Source: Myxococcota bacterium (GTDB lineage Bacteria > Myxococcota_A > UBA9160 > UBA4427). From it: DNA of 64,000 bases. Of the stretch, positions 31,426-40,416 are shown piece after piece. The position numbers and the translations under genes were made by a program. Within the stretch, counting starts at the first letter, position 1. The number at the start of each line of letters is the position of its first letter. The DNA is taken from positions 1,312,001 through 1,376,000 of the forward strand of contig OZ252299.1 of assembly GCA_965250285.1 (NCBI GenBank), read 5' to 3'. The notes beneath the pieces were generated by a model. That model was not told the DNA's origin. It ran no database searches and was given only the letters and a program-made list of their open reading frames with translations.

Positions 31426-32793
31426 ATGGCCATGGAGCCGCTCGTCGAGATCGAAGCCGGCCAGGGGCCGCGCTCCACCGGGATCCCATATCAGGCGCTG
31501 CTCGACCTCGAGTCTCGCCCCGTGCCCGATACGCTGCGCATCGAGTCGGCGCGCGAGATCCCCGCCGTCAAGGTGCCGATCGAGCGCTACACCTCGCGCG
31601 CCTTCCACGACCTCGAAGTCGAGAAGGTGTGGAAGAAGACCTGGCAATTCGCGTGTCGCGAGGAGCAGATCCCCGAGCCCGGCGATCACTTCGTATACGA
31701 CATCGCGAACCTCTCGCTCGTGATCGTGCGCGGCCCCGATCGAGAGATTCGCGCCTTTCACAACGTGTGCCTGCACCGCGGGCGCAAGCTCAAGGACCAT
31801 GCCGGCGGCGGTCACGAGCTCCGCTGTCCGTTTCACGGCTGGACCTGGGATCTCGACGGTTCGCTCAAGACCGTCCCCTGTCGTTGGGACTTCCCGCACG
31901 TCGATCGCGACGACTATGCGCTGCCCGAGGCGAAGGTCGGCACCTGGGGCGGCTTCGTGTTCGTCAACATGGACCCGAACTGCGACTCGCTCGAGTCGCA
32001 CCTCGGAGATCTGCCGAAGCACTTCGAGCGCTGGCCGCTCGAGGACCGCTTCATCCAGGGACACGTCGAGAAGCTGATGCGGTGCAACTGGAAGGTCTGC
32101 CAGGAGGCCTTCATGGAGGCCTACCACGTGGTGGCCACGCACCCGCAGCTGATCCCGGGCATCGGCGACACCAACAGCCAGTACGACGCCTGGGACACGT
32201 TCTCTCGCGCGATCACTCCGAACATGACGCCGAGCCCGCACATTCAGTGGACGCCCACCGAGCAGGAGATGTTCGACGCGATCGGCACGCCCGACCTCGA
32301 CGCGCCGAACTCGCTCCGCGTGCCCGAAGGCATGACCGCACGGCAGTTCGCCGGCGTCATCGGCCGCATGCAGCTGAAGGGGGTCGCGCCCGGGGTCGAA
32401 GACCTGACGGACGCCGAGCTGAACGATTCGTTCTACTACTCGCTCTTTCCGAACTTCCACCCGTGGGCGTCCTACAACCGCATCACGTACAGGTTCCGGC
32501 CCTACGGCAACGAGCCTGACAAGTGCATCATGGACGTCTTCATGCTCGCGCCGTTCCGGGGCAAGCGCCCGAAGCCGGCCGAGACCACCCGGGTGGGCTT
32601 CGACGACTCGTTCCTCGACGCGATCGACGCCGTCGGGCCGCTGGCCAAGATCTTCTCGCAGGACGCCTTCAATCTGCCCGGTGTACAGAAGGGGCTCGAG
32701 GCTGCTCAACACGAACACGTGACGTTCGCGGAGTACCAGGAGACGAAGCTCCGGCACTTTCACACGCTGCTCGAGAAGCAGCTGAACGCATGA
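31426..32793 (+). CDS. Rieske ring-hydroxylating oxygenase alpha subunit
   Basis: CLH...CPFH Rieske motif; NWK; EAYHVVATH and distal Asp for mononuclear Fe. Confidence 0.93.
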   Translation: MAMEPLVEIEAGQGPRSTGIPYQALLDLESRPVPDTLRIESAREIPAVKVPIERYTSRAFHDLEVEKVWKKTWQFACREEQIPEPGDHFVYDIANLSLVIVRGPDREIRAFHNVCLHRGRKLKDHAGGGHELRCPFHGWTWDLDGSLKTVPCRWDFPHVDRDDYALPEAKVGTWGGFVFVNMDPNCDSLESHLGDLPKHFERWPLEDRFIQGHVEKLMRCNWKVCQEAFMEAYHVVATHPQLIPGIGDTNSQYDAWDTFSRAITPNMTPSPHIQWTPTEQEMFDAIGTPDLDAPNSLRVPEGMTARQFAGVIGRMQLKGVAPGVEDLTDAELNDSFYYSLFPNFHPWASYNRITYRFRPYGNEPDKCIMDVFMLAPFRGKRPKPAETTRVGFDDSFLDAIDAVGPLAKIFSQDAFNLPGVQKGLEAAQHEHVTFAEYQETKLRHFHTLLEKQLNA

Positions 32794-33374
32794 CGGAAGA
32801 AGCCATGGAAGCCGTAGAGAACTACGAACAGGTCTCGGTCTACACGCTCGACGGTGCGCGCCGAGAAGAGCTGCTGACCGAACAGCGGGAGTGCACGTTC
32901 GCCTGGACCACGCGCGACGGCTGGCCCGTCTCGGTGATCATGTCGGTGCTCTGGCACGACGGACGCTTCTGGTTGACGGCGGGCGGTCATCGACACCGCA
33001 TCTCGGCCGTGCGGCGCGACCCGCGCGTCTGCATCACGCTGACGAGCACGGGCACCTCGCTGGGGCCGGGCAAGTCGATCACGGCGAAGGGGCGCTGCAT
33101 CATCCACGAAGACGCCGAAACGAAGGCATGGTTCTATCCCGCCTTCGCGCGTCACCTCTACCCCAAGCCCGATCGCGCGAAGTGGTTCGAGGGTTTCCTC
33201 GATTCGCCGATCCGTGTGGTGCTCGAGGTGGTCCCCGAGAAGTGGATCGGGTACGACGGCGACAAGATGGCCCGCGACTCGGTGGGCAAGCTCTCCCCCG
33301 ACGAGAAGGGCCCGATGCTGAGCGCCGACGCCGATCGCCTCACGCGCGAGCTCGAGCGCCGCGGGCTCGACTGA
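32790..33374 (+). CDS. Pyridoxamine-phosphate-oxidase-like split-barrel protein (flavin/F420-binding type)
   Basis: TTRDGWP; AVRRDPRV; VVLEVVPEKWIGYD; ATGA overlap with the Rieske gene. Confidence 0.7.
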   Translation: MTEEAMEAVENYEQVSVYTLDGARREELLTEQRECTFAWTTRDGWPVSVIMSVLWHDGRFWLTAGGHRHRISAVRRDPRVCITLTSTGTSLGPGKSITAKGRCIIHEDAETKAWFYPAFARHLYPKPDRAKWFEGFLDSPIRVVLEVVPEKWIGYDGDKMARDSVGKLSPDEKGPMLSADADRLTRELERRGLD

Positions 33375-33412
33375 GCCCGTCGGTTCGACTGAGCTCGAGG
33401 ACTCGACTGAGC
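33367..33412. repeat. TCGACTGAGC x3 with 18-bp period, copying the upstream gene end
   Basis: Copies at 33367, 33385 and 33403; the first holds the stop codon. Confidence 0.75.
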
Positions 33413-33431
33413 TCTTGGACGCGCGGTGGGG

Positions 33432-35054
33432 TCAGCGCCGTCTCGAGAGCGAGGGCTTCGCGCCGAAGCGCGGGTCGAGGCGCACCGCCTCGGCGTACGC
33501 CCGGTCTGCCTCGTAGCGTCGACCCTCGGCCATCAGGCTGACGGCGAGCTGGTAGTGCAGTGGAGCGAGCGCGGCCCGAGCCCTCGGGTTTGCGCCCAGA
33601 GCCTCGATGCGTCTCGCCCCCATCTCCATCGACTGCGTGTAGTCCTCGATGGCCCGGTCGTGGCGCTGCGCGCGGGCATGCAGCCCGCCGAGGTTGGCCA
33701 TGCTGTGCCAGTCGTGCGGGTTGATGCTGAGGACCGCTTCGTACTCGGTGATTGCGAGGTCGATCTCGCCCTCGCCCGCGAGGTGCCCGGCGAGGGCACG
33801 GTGGGCGATCCAGTTGTTCGGAACCGCCTCGATCGCATGGGCAAAGAGGGCCTCGGTGCTCGCCCAATGCTCGACCTGCCGGGCCGAGACGAAAGCCAGC
33901 GTGGCGAGCAGCAAGACGACGCCCGCTCGGACCCCCCACGTGGTCGACGGCCTCGATCGGATCAGCGCGTCGAGGCCAAAAGCGGCCGCCACGAAGAGCC
34001 CCGTGATCGGCAGGTAGGCGTAGCGATCGGCGACGTCGTGTCCGGCCAGTGGCACGAGGCCGATGACGGGCACCAGCATGCCCGCGAACCAGAGCCAGCC
34101 GACCGTCCACCATGGGGCCTCGCGCCAGACCCGCACGACCGTGAACGTGACGGTCGTGAGGAGCGCACCCATCGCGATCAGCATCGCCGTGCCGTACGCC
34201 ATGGCACCGGTGGGGTAGGTCACGCTCAGATCGACGGGCCAGATCGTGCGCGTCAGGTAGAACCCGTAGTTCGAGAGGACGGTCGCGGCGCGAGAGAGCA
34301 GGGGGGCCCCGCGCACCATCCCGTGCGACTCGGCGGCGTAGATGGCCATGGCCACTGTGCCGATGGCCATGCCGAAGAGCAGCGCCTTCTCGCGTACGCG
34401 GTCGGCAACGCTCCGCACGAGATCGTCGGGATCGATTCGCCGGAGTGGCCAGAGGTCGAGGAGCAGCAGCACGAACGGCGTGGTCACGAGCATCGCCTTG
34501 CTCATCAGGCCCAGGGCGAGCGCGGCCGCGACGAGCACGAAGCGCAGCGGGCGCTCTCGCCGCACCCAGCCGACGTACGCGAGCAGCGTGGCCGCGAAGA
34601 AGAGCCCCGACAGCACGTCCTTGCGACTGGAGATCCAGGCGACCGGCTCGACGTGAAGCGGGTGAACAGCGAAGGCCAGGGCGACCGCCGCGCTCGCGGC
34701 CCGTCGACCCGTGGCGCAGGCGAACGCGAGATAGAGCGCGCACGCCGCGAGCCCGTGCAGGCCGAGCGCGGTCGCGTGAAAGGCGCGCGGCTCGAGCCCG
34801 AAGAGCTCGGAGTCGAGCGTGAGCGAGATCCACGTGAGCGGGTGCCAGTGCCCCGATTGCGGCGCGAGCGACCACGCGAGGCTCGCTGGGTCGAGCCCGC
34901 CGATCACGTGCACGTTGTCGAAGACGTGGGTCCCGTCGTCGAACGACACGAAGCCGAAGCCGGTCAGGGGCCAGAAGACGCCCAGGGTCACGCAGAGAAT
35001 CAGCGCGCATGCCCCGAGATCGCGTGCCGCGTCGAATGCGCCGGGGCCATTCAT
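33432..35054 (-). CDS. TMTC-like membrane glycosyltransferase with C-terminal TPRs
   Basis: FDD; WHPLTWIS; FAVHPLHVEPVAWISSRKD; ADRYAYLP; TPR helices; start uncertain. Confidence 0.85.
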   Translation of the reverse strand: MNGPGAFDAARDLGACALILCVTLGVFWPLTGFGFVSFDDGTHVFDNVHVIGGLDPASLAWSLAPQSGHWHPLTWISLTLDSELFGLEPRAFHATALGLHGLAACALYLAFACATGRRAASAAVALAFAVHPLHVEPVAWISSRKDVLSGLFFAATLLAYVGWVRRERPLRFVLVAAALALGLMSKAMLVTTPFVLLLLDLWPLRRIDPDDLVRSVADRVREKALLFGMAIGTVAMAIYAAESHGMVRGAPLLSRAATVLSNYGFYLTRTIWPVDLSVTYPTGAMAYGTAMLIAMGALLTTVTFTVVRVWREAPWWTVGWLWFAGMLVPVIGLVPLAGHDVADRYAYLPITGLFVAAAFGLDALIRSRPSTTWGVRAGVVLLLATLAFVSARQVEHWASTEALFAHAIEAVPNNWIAHRALAGHLAGEGEIDLAITEYEAVLSINPHDWHSMANLGGLHARAQRHDRAIEDYTQSMEMGARRIEALGANPRARAALAPLHYQLAVSLMAEGRRYEADRAYAEAVRLDPRFGAKPSLSRRR

Positions 35055-35335
35055 CTCATCGCCGTCACCGGGCGAGATCGGTCCATTGCGTGACTCGGTC
35101 GATGCGCCATCGCTTGCGGGCTCGGTCACGCCAGTCTCCGTCCGAGCCGGGCTCGGCGCGTCTCGCGGTGCGCGGTGCGCGGAGTGCCTGCGCAAGGCCC
35201 CATCGCTGCGCCCGTCCGACCGGGACGATACGACACGCGCGGCCTTCGAACGACGAACGGCGTCCGCCGAGCCGAGACCTCCTTCGCCTCGTCGAACGTT
35301 GTCGCACGCGGCGATCCGCCCGATGATGTCGGGCG

Positions 35336-36082
35336 ATGATCCCGCCGATCACACCCGACGATCTCGAAGAGCACGTGCTGCGTGCGCGGGTCTACCCGAA
35401 CCTCGACGTCACCCATCACTGGACCGACCGGTGGGAGCCGAGTTTCTACGCCGATCTCGCGCGCGCGGGCTTCATTTCGATCGCGATCCGACACCCCGAG
35501 TACGGGGATCTCCTGCTGCCCGAGATCCAGTCGGCGTACGCGGTGCTCGACTGGGCGGCGTTGAGGGCCCCCGGGCACGTGCGCCGACTGCTCGGCTCGG
35601 GTCGAATCGAGGCCGAAGGCATCGAGCTGCGCGTGTCCCGCGATTGCCGGGCCGTCGTCGAGCGCATCGAGCGGCAGCACGCCCCGGACTGCTGGCTGAT
35701 CGAACCCTATGTCGCGCTGGTGCACGCCCTCGCCGAGGCGGGGCCGGCCTCGGGGCTCGAGATGCATGCCGTCGAGCTGTGGTCGAGCAGCGCCGGCGAG
35801 CTGGTCGCGGGGGAGCTCGGCTACACGATCGGGCGCGTCTATACGAGCCTGTCCGGCTTTTGTTCGCCCGATCTGGGGCGCTGGAACCACTTCGGTTCGC
35901 TGCAGCTCTATCTGCTCGCCGAGCGGCTGCGCGACGCCGACTACGCCTTCTGGAACCTCGGGCACCCCCACATGGACTACAAGCGAGCGCTCGGCGCCGC
36001 GGTGCTGGGACGCGGTGCGTTTCTGAAGCGTTGGTTCGAACACCGCGAGGAGTCGCTCGTGCGGTCGGTGGGGCTCACGTGA
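35336..36082 (+). CDS. Divergent leucyl/phenylalanyl-tRNA-protein transferase (Aat)-like GNAT
   Basis: HAVELW...GELVAGELGYTIGRVYTSLSGF resembles the Aat core; N-terminus is non-canonical. Confidence 0.65.
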   Translation: MIPPITPDDLEEHVLRARVYPNLDVTHHWTDRWEPSFYADLARAGFISIAIRHPEYGDLLLPEIQSAYAVLDWAALRAPGHVRRLLGSGRIEAEGIELRVSRDCRAVVERIERQHAPDCWLIEPYVALVHALAEAGPASGLEMHAVELWSSSAGELVAGELGYTIGRVYTSLSGFCSPDLGRWNHFGSLQLYLLAERLRDADYAFWNLGHPHMDYKRALGAAVLGRGAFLKRWFEHREESLVRSVGLT

Positions 36083-36222
36083 CGGCGCCGGGCGACGACG
36101 ATTCTGTGACCGCGCCGGGCGACGACGACGCTGTGACCGCAACGGGCGACGACGACTCTGTGACCGCGCCGGGCGACGACGACGCTGTGACCGCGCCGGG
36201 CGACAACGACGCCGTGACCGCG
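36079..36222 (+). repeat. 27-bp tandem repeat, five units plus a partial (VTAPGDDD[S/A])
   Basis: Units at 36079, 36106, 36133, 36160, 36187 and partial at 36214. Confidence 0.9.
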
Positions 36223-36711
36223 GTGCACGACGAGGTCGATGCATCGGTCGCGCCCCTGGTCGCGCAGCACGCCGAGCGACTGGCCTGTCGAAAGGGTTGC
36301 GCGGCCTGCTGCGTCGATGACCTGACGGTGTTCGAGGTCGAGGCCGAGCGCATTCGGGCCGTGCATGGAGCGCTTCTCGAAAAAGGCGTGCCACACGCCG
36401 AAGGCGCCTGCGCCTTCCTCGACGACACAGGGGCGTGTCGGATCTATGCAGACCGGCCCTACGTCTGCCGCACCCAGGGGCTGCCGCTGCGCTGGCTCGT
36501 CGAGGACGCCGCAGGCGACATCGTCGAGCGTCGCTCGATCTGCGAGCTGAACGCGACGGGTGAGGCCCTCGAGACCCTGGACGAAGAGGCCTGTTGGTTG
36601 ATCGGCCCCGTCGAAGATCGGCTCGTGCGCCTGCAGGCGCTGCGTGACGGGGACGGGACGCGGCGCGTGCCACTGCGGAGCCTGTTTCGCCGCTCGGCCC
36701 AGCGCGGCTGA
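36079..36711 (+). CDS. YkgJ family cysteine-cluster protein with N-terminal 9-aa repeats
   Basis: CRKGCAACC; CAFLD; CRIYADRPYVCR; GTG start overlaps the upstream TGA. Confidence 0.85.
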   Translation: MTAPGDDDSVTAPGDDDAVTATGDDDSVTAPGDDDAVTAPGDNDAVTAVHDEVDASVAPLVAQHAERLACRKGCAACCVDDLTVFEVEAERIRAVHGALLEKGVPHAEGACAFLDDTGACRIYADRPYVCRTQGLPLRWLVEDAAGDIVERRSICELNATGEALETLDEEACWLIGPVEDRLVRLQALRDGDGTRRVPLRSLFRRSAQRG

Positions 36712-36970
36712 GCGCTCGGCGTTCCGAGGTCGCGCCGCCGCGCCGCCGCGATTCCAGTCGCATCGGAACCGCTGCCCCGGTGCAGCCGACCGAGCGTCTG
36801 CGCGACGTCGATCCTGACGCGCGTCATGTCACGGAGGCAGGGGGACACCGCACTTCGAAGCCAGGTTTTCTCCCGAGTCCGCCGAAGAGACAGTCGAGCC
36901 GCGGTCCGCTGTGAATGCACCTCGCAGCCCGAGGCATCCGCGGCTCGCAGCCTCGAAGCGGAAGGAACCC

Positions 36971-37915
36971 GTGGCGACCCTTCTCGTCATCGACGACTCG
37001 GCGGCACATCGACGCGAGATCGTGAGCGCCCTCGAGCCTCACGGTCTCTTCGATTCGATCCTGCAGGCCGCCGATGGACCGCAGGGCCTGAAGCGCCTCT
37101 TGAACGAAGAGGTCGGCTTCATCATCTGCGACCTCGAGTTGCCGGGCTTCGACGGCGAGAAGATCCTGCACATCAAGCAGGCGAGCCCGCAGGCGCGTTC
37201 GATCCCGATCATCTTCCTGACGGGCAGCAGCGACCGCGACCGCAAGGCGCGGCTGCTCGAACTCGGTGCCCAGGACGTGATCGACAAGCCCTTCTACGAC
37301 CCCGACCTCGTCGCTCGTACGCGGCTGCACATGAAGACCAAGCGGCTGTACGACGAGCTTCGGGCGAAGAGCGATCTCATGACGCAGCTCTCGACGACGG
37401 ACGCCCTCACAGGGCTGCGGACCCGGCGCTATGCCACCGAGGTGCTGACGATCGAGATGTTGCGCGCGCGCCGGTACGACAACCCGCTCGCGATCCTGAT
37501 GGCCGACATCGATCACTTCAAGCAGGTGAACGATGAGTATGGCCACCTCGCCGGCGACGAAGTGTTGGCCGGCGTGTCGCAGACGCTGCTCGAGCAGCTC
37601 CGGGTGACCGATGTCGCGGGCCGATACGGCGGTGAGGAGATCCTGGTCGTGCTGTCGCAGAACGCGGCCGCGGGCGCCGAGGTGCTCGCCGAGCGCTGGC
37701 GCATGGCCGTCGAGCAGGCCGAGTTCGAGGCACCCGACGGTCGGCGGGTGCGGGTGCAGATCTCGGTGGGCGTGGCCTCGTACGATCCCTCGATGGAGAG
37801 TGGCGAGGCGCTGATCGCGCGAGCCGACGCGGCCCTCTACGAAGCGAAGGCGCGCGGCCGCAACCAGGTGGTGATCGACGCGGCGTCGCGGATCCGAGAG
37901 CAGGGCGCCGGCTGA
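36971..37915 (+). CDS. Response-regulator diguanylate cyclase (REC-GGDEF)
   Basis: LVIDDS, ICDLELP REC; DALTGL; DIDHFKQVND; RVTD I-site; RYGGEEI. Confidence 0.92.
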   Translation: MATLLVIDDSAAHRREIVSALEPHGLFDSILQAADGPQGLKRLLNEEVGFIICDLELPGFDGEKILHIKQASPQARSIPIIFLTGSSDRDRKARLLELGAQDVIDKPFYDPDLVARTRLHMKTKRLYDELRAKSDLMTQLSTTDALTGLRTRRYATEVLTIEMLRARRYDNPLAILMADIDHFKQVNDEYGHLAGDEVLAGVSQTLLEQLRVTDVAGRYGGEEILVVLSQNAAAGAEVLAERWRMAVEQAEFEAPDGRRVRVQISVGVASYDPSMESGEALIARADAALYEAKARGRNQVVIDAASRIREQGAG

Positions 37916-37932
37916 TCCACGGCCTGCCGGCC

Positions 37933-39309
37933 TCACTCTTCTTGTTTTGGATCGTCTACGGCCGCTGTCGATCGCGCCTGGGCCCGGCGTGCGCGCCAAG
38001 CCGAGAGACGTTCGCGGATGGTCGACTCGTGACCCCGCTCCGTGGGCTCGTAGAAGACTTCGTCTTCGAGCTCTTCGGGCAGATTCGTCGCGGCGACGAA
38101 GGCGTCTTCGGCCGCATGGGCATACTCGTAGCCGTCCCCGTAGCCGAGCTCCTTCATCAGCTTCGTCGGCGCATTGCGCAAGTGCATCGGGACGGGGAGC
38201 GAGCCGGTATCGCGCACCCGGTCGAGGGCGCGGCCGATCGCGACGTACGAGGCGTTGCTCTTCGGCGCGGTGGCCAGGTAGGTGACGGCCTGGGCCAGCG
38301 TCAGCCGGCCCTCGGGTAGGCCGATGCGCTCGACGGCCTGAAAGGCCGAGGTCGCCAGCGAGAGTGCCCACGGATCGGCGTTGCCGACGTCTTCGCTGGC
38401 GAAGATGACCAGACGGCGCGCGATGAAGAGCGGATCGTCGCCGCCCTCGAGCATGCGCGCCAGGTAGTAGAGCGCGGCGTCGGGGTCACTCGCACGCAGG
38501 CTCTTGATCAGGGCCGAGACCACGTTGTAGTGCTCTTCGCGGTCGCGGTCGTAGAGCAGCAGCTTGCGCCCGGCGGCTTCGCGAATCGTCTCGGGCGAGA
38601 GCGGCTCGTTCGCGCGCTCGCCTCGGCGGTGGATGGCGGCGGCCGCTTCGAGCAGGCCGAGCGCCCGGCGGGCATCGCCCTCGGCCGCCGCGACGATCGC
38701 GGCGGCCGACCCCTCGCCGAGCCGCAGCCCGGTGGCCCCGAGGCCGCGCGACTCATCGTCGACGGCGCGCTCGACGAGCGCCTGCACCGATGCCTCGTCG
38801 AGCGGCTCGAGTACCAGCACCCGGCAGCGCGAGAGCAGCGGCGCGTTGACGGTGAACGACGGGTTCTCGGTCGTGGCGCCGACGAGCGTCACCGTGCCGG
38901 CTTCGACATGGGGCAGCAGCACGTCCTGCTGGGCGCGATTCAGGCGGTGGATCTCGTCGATGAAGAGCAGGGTGCGGTCGCCGTGGCGACGGGCCCGCTC
39001 GACCGCTTCGCGAATCTCCTTGACGCCCGCGACGACGGCCGAAAGCGCCTCCATGCGGGTGCCCGGCGCGCTCGCGAGCAGCCACGCCAGGGTCGTCTTG
39101 CCGCAGCCCGGGGGCCCCCAGAACACGACGCTCGGGATCTCGCCGCCGTCGACCATCGATCGAAGCGCGGCGTGCGCGGCGGTGAGATGCGGCTGGCCCA
39201 TGAGCTCGTCGAACTTGCGGGGACGCATGCGTTCGGCGAGCGGCGCGCGCGGGTCGAGCCGCCGGGTCGGCCGATCACTGAAGAGCTCGAGGGTGTCGTC
39301 CGGCGCCAT
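37933..39309 (-). CDS. rarA: Replication-associated recombination protein A
   Basis: PLAERMRP; WGPPGCGKTT; FIDEIHR; GATTENP; VPMHLRNAPT. Confidence 0.95.
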   Translation of the reverse strand: MAPDDTLELFSDRPTRRLDPRAPLAERMRPRKFDELMGQPHLTAAHAALRSMVDGGEIPSVVFWGPPGCGKTTLAWLLASAPGTRMEALSAVVAGVKEIREAVERARRHGDRTLLFIDEIHRLNRAQQDVLLPHVEAGTVTLVGATTENPSFTVNAPLLSRCRVLVLEPLDEASVQALVERAVDDESRGLGATGLRLGEGSAAAIVAAAEGDARRALGLLEAAAAIHRRGERANEPLSPETIREAAGRKLLLYDRDREEHYNVVSALIKSLRASDPDAALYYLARMLEGGDDPLFIARRLVIFASEDVGNADPWALSLATSAFQAVERIGLPEGRLTLAQAVTYLATAPKSNASYVAIGRALDRVRDTGSLPVPMHLRNAPTKLMKELGYGDGYEYAHAAEDAFVAATNLPEELEDEVFYEPTERGHESTIRERLSAWRARRAQARSTAAVDDPKQEE

Positions 39310-39495
39310 GGCGCGAAGGTAGCGGGCGGGCCCGGTCGGGGTGGCACACGGCCGGTCGCGGCCGCCCGGGGCTCGCCACGGCCGCGCGCCCGATTCCCCA
39401 ACGGGTCCGGCCATCGCGTTCGAAGCCGGCGCGCCACGCTACATTCGTCGCCGTTGGCCGCTTTCGGGGTGAGCGAGGGAAGGACTCGGCGCGAG

Positions 39496-40353
39496 ATGGA
39501 CATCCGACGCATCGGTTTCTGCCTGAAGGAAGACGAGCACGAAGTCGAGTCGATCGTGCTCGATCTCGTTCGCTGGCTCGAGGGCGACGGGATCGGCGTC
39601 GAGTTCGACACGAACTGCGGCGCGCTGATCGACCGGCCGGGCCGCAGTCGCGAAGAGCTGACCGGCGAGGTCGACCTGATCGTGAGCTTCGGCGGCGACG
39701 GCACGCTGCTCTCGGTGGCCCGGTCGGCCGGCACGCGGCGGGTGCCGATCCTCGGCGTGAACCTCGGCCGGCTGGGGTTCCTCACCGAGGTCAACATCGA
39801 CGAGGTGCGGCCCGCGCTCGAGAAGGTGCTCGCCGGCGACGGGAAGGTCGTGCCGCGCATGCGCCTCGAGGTCGAGGCCTTTCGCGGGGACCAGCGACTC
39901 GGGCACTTTCATTCGCTCAACGATGCCGTCCTCACCCGCCAAGTGCTCTCGCGCATGATCGATCTCGAGGCCCGGGCCGACGGCGTCAAGGTCACGACCT
40001 ACCACGCCGACGGCCTGATCGTCTCGACGCCCACGGGCTCGACGGCCTACTCGCTCTCGGCGGGGGGACCGCTGCTCTTGCCCGGTCTCGAGGCGATCAT
40101 CCTCACACCCATCTGCCCGCACTCGCTGACCCAGCGGCCGATCGTGTTGCCCCAGGACGTCGAGCTCACGATCGTCGTCGAGCAGGCGAGCGACGACGCG
40201 GCGCTCACCGTCGACGGTCAGGAGGGCCTCGATCTCGAGCCCGGCGATCGCGTGGTGATGCATCGCAGCCCGTATCCGGTCGAGATCGTCGCGTCGCCGT
40301 TCCGTGATCCCTACGAGATTCTGCATACGAAGCTGCGCTGGGGACATCGTTGA
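39496..40353 (+). CDS. nadK: NAD(+) kinase
   Basis: GGDGTLL; GVNLGRLGFL; DGLIVSTPTGSTAYSLSAGGP. Confidence 0.96.
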   Translation: MDIRRIGFCLKEDEHEVESIVLDLVRWLEGDGIGVEFDTNCGALIDRPGRSREELTGEVDLIVSFGGDGTLLSVARSAGTRRVPILGVNLGRLGFLTEVNIDEVRPALEKVLAGDGKVVPRMRLEVEAFRGDQRLGHFHSLNDAVLTRQVLSRMIDLEARADGVKVTTYHADGLIVSTPTGSTAYSLSAGGPLLLPGLEAIILTPICPHSLTQRPIVLPQDVELTIVVEQASDDAALTVDGQEGLDLEPGDRVVMHRSPYPVEIVASPFRDPYEILHTKLRWGHR

Positions 40354-40416
40354 ATCCCGGCCGGGCTGTGACCGCTTGTGTCATGGCTCGGCGCGAACCT
40401 TTGTCGGGGGGCTGAG

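Noticed and set aside
36079..36222. RiPP (graspetide-like) precursor with Thr/Asp repeats
   Set aside because: No ATP-grasp or other maturase and no leader; better explained as a tandem duplication
37600..37645. Inactive diguanylate cyclase (GGEEI)
   Set aside because: The catalytic GGEE and the metal-binding DIDHFK are intact; only the fifth position varies
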